Assembly: GCA_964450765.1 (NCBI GenBank)
Contig: CAYVDU010000001.1
Location: 1-44,350, forward strand
Direction: 5' to 3'
Origin: an uncultured bacterium
Lineage (GTDB): Bacteria; Chlamydiota; Chlamydiia; Chlamydiales; SM23-39
DNA: 44,350 bases
Shown here: piece by piece, positions 18,561 to 26,978 of the stretch
Layout: every line of letters starts with the position of its first letter
Numbering within the stretch: position 1 is the stretch's first letter
Position numbers and translations under genes: made by a program
Notes under the pieces: generated by a model
What the model was told of the DNA's origin: nothing
Seen by the model: only the letters and a program-made list of their open reading frames with translations
The model's database searches: none

Positions 18561-19460
18561 CTAAAAAAACACTTCCATGAAACCAATGAGTCCCTCAATA
18601 CTGCCCCAACCGGCTAGCATCTGCTGAATGGCGTTTCTGGAGGTGAAAAGATTCATTCTCATGGTACCCCTGTAATAGGTCATAAAGTTGTCGAGCTCCA
18701 TGAGCATCTCCGTAATCGTCGGATACATCGGAACCCGCTTCAAATTGTAGGGGTCGCTTTTGGGGGTGACCTTCCCGCCATACACAGAGTAGCAGCAATC
18801 GAATCCTGCGCTACGAACGATTTCCAAAACTTCGTCGCGTATGGCATCTGCCCTTCCGAAAGGAAAGGCAAATGTGTTGATCTGTTGACCAATCTCCTTT
18901 TCGATCCTCTCCTTGCAGGCGACAATCTCTTCCCTGGCCTCCTCGATCGGAGCCGTTCCAAGATCGACATGGTTAACGGTATGTCCCCCGATCTCAAAAC
19001 CCATCCGGACGAGCTCCCTCACCTCGTCCCAGGTCATCATCAAATGCTTGATGGGGGAGTTATCATCCCAGGGGAAAACTCTTTCCGTATCAATATATCC
19101 GGTTGTGACGAAAAAGGTTGCGGGAAGATCATACTTCTTGAGAATTGGGGCAGCATGGAGAAAATTGTCTTTGTACCCATCGTCGAACGTGATTGCCACC
19201 GTATTTGGCTCAAAAGCCTCCCCATGTTTTACTTTCTTGATAAGGGTCTGTAATGAAATCGGATTATACTCTTTCCGGATAACCTTCATCAGCTCGTCGA
19301 ACACATCTACGCGGGTCGTCAAAGAGTCGGAATCATCATCATTCACACGATGGAAGCAGAGGATATTCGCGTAATTGAGAGACTGATTCCTCAACCGTAA
19401 AAATCCCACCTTTTTCGCCAGTAGATAGCTCATAACCAGAAGTTGCCTATTAATCCCCAT
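18561..19460 (-). CDS. Polysaccharide deacetylase (NodB domain)
   Basis: 299 aa. ILCFHRV, ITFDDGYKDNFLHAAPILKKYDLPATFFV, GGHTVNHVDL. Confidence 0.85.
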   Translation of the reverse strand: MGINRQLLVMSYLLAKKVGFLRLRNQSLNYANILCFHRVNDDDSDSLTTRVDVFDELMKVIRKEYNPISLQTLIKKVKHGEAFEPNTVAITFDDGYKDNFLHAAPILKKYDLPATFFVTTGYIDTERVFPWDDNSPIKHLMMTWDEVRELVRMGFEIGGHTVNHVDLGTAPIEEAREEIVACKERIEKEIGQQINTFAFPFGRADAIRDEVLEIVRSAGFDCCYSVYGGKVTPKSDPYNLKRVPMYPTITEMLMELDNFMTYYRGTMRMNLFTSRNAIQQMLAGWGSIEGLIGFMEVFF

Positions 19461-19463
19461 CGG

Positions 19464-20108
19464 TTAATTTGCTCCAGACAATAAGGGGATGACGATATGG
19501 TCCAGCAAAGAGTATGCTTTTTTGTTTAAATGAAGACCGTCTCCGCTGGTCAAGTCTGCTCTTAACCTTCGATCTGAATCACTCCTCCTCAAGGCAGCTT
19601 CCAAATCGAGAAGAAAAAAACCCTTCTCTTTCGAATATTTTTTAATCCAGTCATTGTATTCGAGAATATAGCTAAGCCGTTTTTCAAGATTGACTTTGCC
19701 CAGTGGGAAAACTTTCTTCAGAACATCCTTGAAATAGGGCACGCTCAAAAAATCAGGCGCGGTCACCGGCACCACCGTCGTGGGGATGGGGACGATGTTG
19801 TTTTTTGACAATTCCTCGATCCAGCCTTGCATGAGCCGCTTCTGTTTTCCGAAATCACCTGGAAAATAGGCGGCACACTCTTTTAGGAATACCGCGAATG
19901 GTCTATTCGAGGTCCTTTTCGTTATCTGGCTGACCGCTTCGCTTTTGTCGAAATCATATTCACCGATAAACTCAAACGTGTAACCGGTAACGCCGATCCT
20001 CTTCGGCAGCTCAGCGATATTCCAGGCGTGCCCCACCGACGCCCCCACCAAAATAATATGTTTTGTTTCTGAGCCGATCCTATGATTCAAGTCTATTCCC
20101 CTTAACAT
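19464..20108 (-). CDS. SGNH/GDSL-like hydrolase-fold protein (tentative), paralog A, no signal peptide
   Basis: 214 aa. IILVGASVGHAWN (GxS block-I-like) and SGDGLHLNKKAY (DxxH block-V-like). Roughly half the residues are identical to the adjacent ORF by eye. Confidence 0.4.
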   Translation of the reverse strand: MLRGIDLNHRIGSETKHIILVGASVGHAWNIAELPKRIGVTGYTFEFIGEYDFDKSEAVSQITKRTSNRPFAVFLKECAAYFPGDFGKQKRLMQGWIEELSKNNIVPIPTTVVPVTAPDFLSVPYFKDVLKKVFPLGKVNLEKRLSYILEYNDWIKKYSKEKGFFLLDLEAALRRSDSDRRLRADLTSGDGLHLNKKAYSLLDHIVIPLLSGAN

Positions 20109-20113
20109 GGTAG

Positions 20114-20833
20114 TTACTGCAGAGCGAGTTTCGTTTGTTCTTGATGCATGGTTTTCGCTTTCATTATTGTAGGGATAACGATCTTATCCAATAGGGCATA
20201 AGCATCTCGATTTAAATGCATTCCATCCCCACTGGATAACTCCGGTCTTAACCTCCGATCGCTTTCATCCCTCCTGAGGGTACCTTCTAAATCGAGAACA
20301 GCCAAACCTTTTTGATCGGCGTATTTTCTGACCCAATCGTTAAACTCCACAACGTAACTCTGTCTTTTTTCGATATTGATCTTGCCCATCGGCAGATATT
20401 TTTTCATCAGATTTTTAACATATTGTACCGTAAACATCCGAGGAGAGGTCACCGGAACGACCGTTGCCGGAATAGGAATAATCCCGTTTTTTTGAAGGGC
20501 CTCGATCCACTTTTGCATCAGCTCCTTCTGTTCCTCAAACTTGCCGGGGAAATAGGTGGAACACTCCTTTAAAATAACAGCATCAGGTTTTGGATTCCGC
20601 ATCAGGATTTCGTTCAACGCCTTGCTTTTATCGAAAACATACTCGCCGACGAACTCAAAGGTGTATCCTCCCGCGTCGATCCGATTCGGCAATTTCCCGA
20701 TATCCCATCCTTCTCCGATCGAAGCGCCAAGAAGAATGACATGTTTTGTTTGGGGAGTTTCAGCCCCGCTTGTCGCCCCTCCCCCCAAGAGCAGAAGAGA
20801 TAAAACGGCAAAAGCCCCGATTAAGGTTTTCAT
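20114..20833 (-). CDS. SGNH/GDSL-like hydrolase-fold protein (tentative), paralog B, with N-terminal signal peptide
   Basis: 239 aa. Signal-like MKTLIGAFAVLSLLLLGGGATSGAE, then VILLGASIGEGWD and SGDGMHLNRDAY. Confidence 0.4.
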   Translation of the reverse strand: MKTLIGAFAVLSLLLLGGGATSGAETPQTKHVILLGASIGEGWDIGKLPNRIDAGGYTFEFVGEYVFDKSKALNEILMRNPKPDAVILKECSTYFPGKFEEQKELMQKWIEALQKNGIIPIPATVVPVTSPRMFTVQYVKNLMKKYLPMGKINIEKRQSYVVEFNDWVRKYADQKGLAVLDLEGTLRRDESDRRLRPELSSGDGMHLNRDAYALLDKIVIPTIMKAKTMHQEQTKLALQ

Positions 20834-22032
20834 TTTACCCCCATCGACGGTTTATTGTTTCCCAGACCCTCACGCGCCGTGGTCCAGGTGGTATAAGTAT
20901 CTCCTTTTATATACTTGATCCAACCGATAAAGATCGCAATGTTCACCACCATAAAAGTGTGAGACATCGATATCAGCCTGGAAAAATTTTTCATGCGTCT
21001 CGAATAACTGAGGAGACTCAAAATGTAAAAAAACAATTGGACAAGAAAAGCAGCGAGATAGATTATTCCCTGGTTCAGGAGAAAGAGATTTAAAACAAAC
21101 GCGCTTAACAAAAAGAAGGGGACAAGCATCTTACTCACCTTATGAGACAGAAGTTCAAACGAAAAAAAACCGTATTTGAAGGGATTCATTAACCCCCTTT
21201 GGCTTACCAACGCCCGAATGGTCCTGTTGCTGATTCTGACCTGGCGGTTGAATTCTCCTTTCGTTCCCTTTGCAATCTTTTCGATACAGAATGCATTTTC
21301 ATCCAGGATGCCTCGAAATCTTTTTCTGACGATCATCAGAGGAATCACAAAATCGTTGATATCGACACTCTGGAGCGGTTCATACAAGTTTTTTCGAATG
21401 GCGAAGATGGCGCCGTCCGCGCCGACACAAGAACCGGTACGGCTCTCCAAGATCTTGGTGATATTCTCAATTTTCGAGTAGACCCCGATCGAATCGAGCA
21501 TCTTTTCGCCATTTTCGGAAATGTATTTGGTTCCTCCGGTGACAAAACCGATTCGAGGATCGGAAAAATGCGAGACCAATTTTTCGATGGCATCACGGTC
21601 ATATTTTGAATTTGCGTCTGAGAATACGATAATATCCCCCTTCGCCAACGGAACCGCCTTATTAAGGCAGGCGGTCTTTCCGATTCTCCCCTCATACGAT
21701 CGGAGGGTGACCGCCTGAGCGGCATATCGGGTGACGATCTGATCGGTCCGATCGGTCGATCCGTCGGAGATGACGACGATCTCAAAAAGATCTTTTGGAT
21801 AACTTAGCGCGAGCGAATTTAAGAGTTTTTCTTCGATCACTTCTTCTTCATTATAAACAGAGATTAAGAGCGATACTTTGGGCTTGATCTTTCTGGGTTG
21901 AATTTCTTGTTTGTCCCATTTTACAAGAGAGATGAACCACAAAAGAATCGGGTAGCCCACATACGAATAAAAAACAGCGAATACACAAAACCAGAAAAAA
22001 AATGGGAGCATTGTCATATCGCGTTCATCCAC
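20830..22032 (-). CDS. Membrane-anchored GT2 glycosyltransferase (processive-synthase-like layout)
   Basis: 400 aa. N-terminal TM, VSLLISVYNEEEVI, VISDGSTDRT, VFSDANS, then 3-4 C-terminal TM helices. Confidence 0.75.
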   Translation of the reverse strand: MDERDMTMLPFFFWFCVFAVFYSYVGYPILLWFISLVKWDKQEIQPRKIKPKVSLLISVYNEEEVIEEKLLNSLALSYPKDLFEIVVISDGSTDRTDQIVTRYAAQAVTLRSYEGRIGKTACLNKAVPLAKGDIIVFSDANSKYDRDAIEKLVSHFSDPRIGFVTGGTKYISENGEKMLDSIGVYSKIENITKILESRTGSCVGADGAIFAIRKNLYEPLQSVDINDFVIPLMIVRKRFRGILDENAFCIEKIAKGTKGEFNRQVRISNRTIRALVSQRGLMNPFKYGFFSFELLSHKVSKMLVPFFLLSAFVLNLFLLNQGIIYLAAFLVQLFFYILSLLSYSRRMKNFSRLISMSHTFMVVNIAIFIGWIKYIKGDTYTTWTTAREGLGNNKPSMGVK

Positions 22033-22038
22033 ATTGAT

Positions 22039-23268
22039 TCAGCGATTGCTGATCGAACAATTGGCAACCCACCGGAGGTCTTTCGATGGAGACTCTTGGA
22101 CAAGGAGTTGACAAACATTTTTTTTGTCCCACTCCGAAAGATAAGGATGGGTAGGTAACGCCAGAAGCGTCTCCGCCATCCTTTTCGCCACAGGAAAATC
22201 GCTTCCCTTGAAATGGTCCTTGATCTCTTCGATTTCATTGATTGGCACCGGGTACATCAGGCTGAGGCCGAAACCTTGTTTTCGTGAGAGGGCATAAAGC
22301 CGGTCTCGATCTTCATGGCGATTCATCAGAATAGGTAGCCGGAGGTAGGAAACGGCGCTTTCCTTCCTTACCGGTTTCAATTGTAAATGTTCTCTGAAGT
22401 ATGCTGCTGTTTCTGTCCTCTTTTGGTTCGATCGTTCCAGATGTTTCTTCCAGTTTCCCAGGAGAACGGCCTTCATTCCCGACAACTTCTTCACCGGGAA
22501 ATCCCGATGAAAAAACGTCTCCCCTAGTTTAAGAAAGGGAAGACCGGCCGGAAACCAGTAAAGGGCTGGACGAATAAAGAGGGTCATCAGCACAAGCTGT
22601 AGAAATTCCCCGATCGTTTCGCCCATCCGTGGCGCTTCGAGGTCATGATAATACCGACGGATTGCCTCGGCGATCCGGTCAGAATTTGTGACGACGATCC
22701 CGCCTGAACCGCAGGTAATGTTCTTTCCACGGCCCAGGCTAAAAAAACCAACGTCTCCGAGTGTGCCGAGCTTGGCCCTTTTGTAGTTCCCCCCCATTGC
22801 CTGAGCGGCATCTTCGACGACATAGACATCCCTCTCTCTGCAAAGGCGATTGACACGGTCCATATCCGAAGGAATCCCGAAGAGGTGGCTAGGAATGACG
22901 CAGAGGGTATCTTCAGTCACCGCTGCTTCCAGAAGTTGATAATCAAAATCGAAGGTCGAAGCATCAACATCACACAAGGCCACTTCAAGCCCTGCTTTCA
23001 AAATAGCCGAAGGAACGGAAAAACAGGTATACGCCGGAATGACAACCCCTCTCTTCGGGGAAAGCGACTTCAGCGCGAGCAAGATCAACGTTAGCGCCGC
23101 CTTTCCGGATGAAACAAGGAAAAGGTGTTTGACGCCGAAATAGGCTTTCATCTCCTCTTCAATTCGTTGAGTTGAAACGCGATCGGTAAAGAAACCGGTC
23201 AAACCGCGTCCGAGATCTTTCCAATCAAGCGGCGCCGCTGCCGGAGGGATCGTCCTCTGAATTTTCAT
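22039..23268 (-). CDS. DegT/DnrJ/EryC1/StrS-family PLP-dependent sugar aminotransferase
   Basis: 409 aa. VSSGKAALTLIL, VIPAYTCFSVPSAI, VVEDAAQAMGG, FFSLGRGKNITCGSGG (PLP lysine context). Confidence 0.85.
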   Translation of the reverse strand: MKIQRTIPPAAAPLDWKDLGRGLTGFFTDRVSTQRIEEEMKAYFGVKHLFLVSSGKAALTLILLALKSLSPKRGVVIPAYTCFSVPSAILKAGLEVALCDVDASTFDFDYQLLEAAVTEDTLCVIPSHLFGIPSDMDRVNRLCRERDVYVVEDAAQAMGGNYKRAKLGTLGDVGFFSLGRGKNITCGSGGIVVTNSDRIAEAIRRYYHDLEAPRMGETIGEFLQLVLMTLFIRPALYWFPAGLPFLKLGETFFHRDFPVKKLSGMKAVLLGNWKKHLERSNQKRTETAAYFREHLQLKPVRKESAVSYLRLPILMNRHEDRDRLYALSRKQGFGLSLMYPVPINEIEEIKDHFKGSDFPVAKRMAETLLALPTHPYLSEWDKKNVCQLLVQESPSKDLRWVANCSISNR

Positions 23269-24299
23269 GGAAGATTCCTCACGATCGAAGGACCGATCAG
23301 CTTTGTTAGGGCGACCGGAAGTTTTTTCCAGAGATGGATCGCTGCCGCATATTTTGGATTTTTGGGGTTCAACTCTGGAAGCGGCTCTTCATTTCGCATC
23401 CAGTAATACCAATACATCGGAACAGGGTTAGCTCCCCATTGCTCCTTAAATCTGTAAGTCCCTTCCCCCGGTGTCGAGCGGCCGAAATCAAAGACCCGGT
23501 ATCCTCTCTCGCAGGCCAAGCCAAGGGCGGTCCAGTAGAGGAGCATATTGGGGCTGGAGCGGTTGTATCCCTTGAGTGAAGAGGCCCACGGAATTTCAAT
23601 GGTTTCCCGGAACCCGATCAGAAACCCGGAGGCGACCGGAAGCGCGCCTTGGTAAACGGTGCAGATCCAACTCGTGTCTGGAAATGTTTCCAGGATATTT
23701 TTAAAAAATAGCTTCGGATAAACAGGTGTCCCAAGGTCCCGCATGTTTTCAGAGAAAACGGTATAAAAACTGTCCAGTTCGTCGACCTTCCCAATTTTCG
23801 AGACCATCCCTTCTTTCGTTGGTCTGCGAATTTGGCTCCTCAGCTTGGCGTCGAACGTCCTGAAAAGTTCATCACTGTTGGAAGGAAGGGCAAGCCGCAT
23901 CGACACCTTCGCGGTTTTGTATGGAAGACCGATATTCAAAGGGGTCTCTTGCCGCAATTCAATGTGGGACATTCCCTCTTTTTTGGCGCATTGAGCCGCT
24001 TCTTCCAAGAACGCGGTCGTTACGGAATCATCATCGCCGCAAATACCACCATAATTAAAGTAGGGGAGAGAAACCATAAAATTTCCAAAAAGAAAACTTT
24101 TTAGATGAACCGCCGGAAAAACCCCTCGGATATTTCTAAACTGGTCTTCTGCATACCAGTAATAGGTTTTCTGTCCGAAACTCTTTTCAACGACCTCCTT
24201 CCAACCGATATGGTGATACAGGGTCGAAGTGGGAGCGCTTTTGACATATCCTTCCCATCGTGCGAGATCTTTCGGTTGGTATAAAACGACCTTTATCAA
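23265..24299 (-). CDS. FemAB-family acyl/aminoacyl-transferase, PEP-CTERM-locus type
   Basis: 344 aa. N-terminus W..YV...P..TLYHHIGWKEVVEKSFGQKTYYW and C-terminal FDFGRSTPGEGTYRFKEQWGA are characteristic of the FemAB-like family found in exosortase loci. It shares a 4-nt overlap with the DegT gene. Confidence 0.7.
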   Translation of the reverse strand: MIKVVLYQPKDLARWEGYVKSAPTSTLYHHIGWKEVVEKSFGQKTYYWYAEDQFRNIRGVFPAVHLKSFLFGNFMVSLPYFNYGGICGDDDSVTTAFLEEAAQCAKKEGMSHIELRQETPLNIGLPYKTAKVSMRLALPSNSDELFRTFDAKLRSQIRRPTKEGMVSKIGKVDELDSFYTVFSENMRDLGTPVYPKLFFKNILETFPDTSWICTVYQGALPVASGFLIGFRETIEIPWASSLKGYNRSSPNMLLYWTALGLACERGYRVFDFGRSTPGEGTYRFKEQWGANPVPMYWYYWMRNEEPLPELNPKNPKYAAAIHLWKKLPVALTKLIGPSIVRNLP

Positions 24300-24301
24300 T
24301 C

Positions 24302-25390
24302 CTATCTCATCACAATTTTGGCCATCGATTTAAAAAACCGGAGCGTGAGCCAGATCATCAGGGGCCATCTTGGCTTATAAAAATGGAGTCCAAGGGAGCG
24401 GTCTCCTCGATCAGCCCAATGGAACTTATACTCCTCGTACCCTTTGAGAAAATTATACTCCGAATACCCTTCGGTAATCGCTTTTTCAATCGAAAGTCCC
24501 ACCAAGATATTTCCAATGCTGATATTTTTATTGAACGAATGGTCTACCGCCATCAGATACATCAAAAGGCTCTCTCCGCAGCGTAAATGCAAGAGTCCGG
24601 CGATGGTTTTTCCATCCACATTCAAGAGATCGAGCTGAACTTTGTCCTCTCCCTGAGAATGAAGAAGAACCTTCTCAACAAAGAGAAGAAGCTCATCTGC
24701 ATTGTCCCACCGCTGTTGATAAAGTGCCTTGAAGTCCTTGAGCACCGGCCCGATCTTCTCCCGTCTCAAGGAGTCATGACGAACCGCCCCTTCTCGCTCT
24801 AATAGCCTCAAGTGCCTTGAATATTGTTGTCTCCTATTAGGAGACAACCGCGCCAAAAAGTCTTCACGTGTTTTGGGAAGAACGAGGGAAGGGCAAAAAG
24901 CCCCTGCTTCCACCTCGGAATACTTTCCGTCTTCCTGCATCTGCTCTATAAAGTGAAGGAGAAATAAAGAATCGGACGGGACATCCAAAAACCCGAAACA
25001 GTCCCACTGAGAAACGGCTTCTTCAAAAAGAAACCGATAGATCGACCGGGCGACCTCTTTCTCTTTCCCCTTCTTTGCGAAAACATCCAGATAGTCCGAC
25101 CCCGCCTCCGGCGTCCCGAGAAACTCGATCCGCCTCATCGGGAATCCGCCATATCGGATTTTCCGTATGCACCAAGGGGCAATACCAATGAGGGTGTTCT
25201 CATTGTGAACCGTCAGAATATAGAGTTTACTGTCTTCTTTCAGGAAGACCTCTGCCCAGGGGTAGAGCCATTCCCATGTGAGAAAAATGCGATCCGACCC
25301 CGACCGACGAAGGAGATCGTTCCACTCTTTGGAAAGTGCTTGCCACCCTTCCATCGAAGTGACAATATTTATTTTGTGATCGCGGCTCAT
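24302..25390 (-). CDS. CelD/BcsL-like GNAT (FemAB-like fold) acyltransferase
   Basis: 362 aa. GWQALSKEWNDLL...IFLTWEWLYPWAEVF...LIGIAPW and C-terminal YNFLKGYEEYKFHWA resemble the Acetyltransf_6/CelD family. Confidence 0.6.
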   Translation of the reverse strand: MSRDHKINIVTSMEGWQALSKEWNDLLRRSGSDRIFLTWEWLYPWAEVFLKEDSKLYILTVHNENTLIGIAPWCIRKIRYGGFPMRRIEFLGTPEAGSDYLDVFAKKGKEKEVARSIYRFLFEEAVSQWDCFGFLDVPSDSLFLLHFIEQMQEDGKYSEVEAGAFCPSLVLPKTREDFLARLSPNRRQQYSRHLRLLEREGAVRHDSLRREKIGPVLKDFKALYQQRWDNADELLLFVEKVLLHSQGEDKVQLDLLNVDGKTIAGLLHLRCGESLLMYLMAVDHSFNKNISIGNILVGLSIEKAITEGYSEYNFLKGYEEYKFHWADRGDRSLGLHFYKPRWPLMIWLTLRFFKSMAKIVMR

Positions 25391-26946
25391 TGCGGCAAGA
25401 ACTCCGGAAGCAATGGCCGGATTGCTTTGATGAATGATTGACTCTGAACCGATTGCTTCAAAAGATCCTCCGGATGAGAAAAATCAGCGGTTACCATCAC
25501 GATAGCGCCGTCAGTTCTTGCTTGCAACAACGACCCGATCATCGTCTCTTTTTTCGCTTGATACCAATCGGCAACGTCGCGGCCATGCAGATAATACCAA
25601 AATAGGGTCAGTTTCTTTGGATTTCCGTCCTCTATCACACGATTCACTTCAATCAGGTGATTGTCATCAAGGCTTATTCTTATCTTTTCGGCATTGCGAT
25701 GGAGTCCGGAGACTTTATAGTTAATCAGCTTTTTTTCACGATCCTGGGACGCATAATACCCAACATACAAACGAAGGGAATCTCCGGTGTTTGTCTGATA
25801 GCTCCTTGAAAGTTCTTCATCCACCCCAAAAGTACGATAGAACAAATAATCTGGTGATGTTTCTTTCCCAAACCACTCTGCCAGTTGAATGGGAAAATTC
25901 TTTAAAGGCGCCTTTAATGGCGTCGGTTGCTGTTGATAGAGATGAAGGTAACTCCCTATCAGGAACAAGACGGCAGAAAGAAAGAGCCCTATGTTGGGGA
26001 GCTCAGTTTTTTTTAGAACGAGCCCTGGTCTGTTTTTCGGATTGAATGCTTTGGCCGACAGTGCCGAAGGCGCAGCAGGCTTCGACAGAATCCACACCCC
26101 CGCAAAAATCGTCCCATAACCGATCAGGGAGACAGAAAGTCCCTGTAGAACGTGGAAGGGACCGTGAAGATCTCCTGCAATGCCGTAATACGAAAGTGCC
26201 CCAATCAGGGCAACCCGGAGTACATTACTGAAGGCCGCAATGGTGACGGAAAACCCAAGAAGAAGGGTCCTTCTCCACCATCCAATCAAAAAAAGATAGG
26301 CCATGGGAATTCCGATTGCAATCACTGCAATCAGATAGTTGACCCCGCTACAAATATCGGCCACTTCCAGGGTGATATTTGGTAATTCAATATAGACTCC
26401 ATTTCGATAGACAGGGATACCGAAAAACCGTAGAAGCCGCGTCCCCAGATTCGCCGAAAAAAATTGAAAGGGAAGATGAAGCCGTTCTGTAATAAATCCC
26501 CAAAGCGGAATCATAAAAAGAAGATAGGCGATTGGAAACCACAAGTAACGAAGCGACCCCCCCCCCAACATCAGAAGAACGGCCCCCATCAGGGTCACGA
26601 TCAGCGAGAGTTCTTCAAGCAAGGCAATGCTGCTCGCGTGACCGACGACCAGCATCGATAAACCGGCCAGAAAGAGGAGACCCCCTTTAAGATAGTCCGG
26701 CGCCGGTTCGATCTCGCGGAGCTTTTCTCTTTGGACCCAAACCAGATAAAGGCTGATCCAGGGGATGAGAAAACCATACGAATAGATGTCGTTGCTCCAC
26801 CAGAGGCGGACCAAGGTCATAAACACCTGGACATAACAAAACACGAGGGCGAACAGGAGCAGTCCCGCCGACCCCAGAACTTGCCAATTGATTAAAAAAG
26901 TCTCTTTGGCATTCGAAAGAATGACCGATTTTTCTGAAAGCTTCAT
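25387..26946 (-). CDS. Exosortase (EpsH family) fused to a C-terminal EpsI-family domain
   Basis: 519 aa. YSYGFLIPWISLYLVW entry motif, and candidates for the invariant triad: ADICSGVNYL (Cys199, codon 26350..26352), NVLRVALIG (Arg244), LHGPFHVLQG (His261/265). About 8 TM helices in aa 1-290. After one more TM helix comes a soluble domain of about 200 aa (...YVGYYASQ...FWYYLHG...). Confidence 0.85.
   Translation of the reverse strand: MKLSEKSVILSNAKETFLINWQVLGSAGLLLFALVFCYVQVFMTLVRLWWSNDIYSYGFLIPWISLYLVWVQREKLREIEPAPDYLKGGLLFLAGLSMLVVGHASSIALLEELSLIVTLMGAVLLMLGGGSLRYLWFPIAYLLFMIPLWGFITERLHLPFQFFSANLGTRLLRFFGIPVYRNGVYIELPNITLEVADICSGVNYLIAVIAIGIPMAYLFLIGWWRRTLLLGFSVTIAAFSNVLRVALIGALSYYGIAGDLHGPFHVLQGLSVSLIGYGTIFAGVWILSKPAAPSALSAKAFNPKNRPGLVLKKTELPNIGLFLSAVLFLIGSYLHLYQQQPTPLKAPLKNFPIQLAEWFGKETSPDYLFYRTFGVDEELSRSYQTNTGDSLRLYVGYYASQDREKKLINYKVSGLHRNAEKIRISLDDNHLIEVNRVIEDGNPKKLTLFWYYLHGRDVADWYQAKKETMIGSLLQARTDGAIVMVTADFSHPEDLLKQSVQSQSFIKAIRPLLPEFLPQ
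26557..26566 (-). repeat. G10 homopolymer (C10 on the plus strand) inside the exosortase coding frame
   Basis: Plus strand aagcgaCCCCCCCCCCaaca. The minus strand reads TTG GGG GGG GGG TCG, encoding LGGGS at aa 127-131. Confidence 0.95.
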
Positions 26947-26978
26947 GGGTATCGTGACAGAGAAGAGGGCCTGATCCC

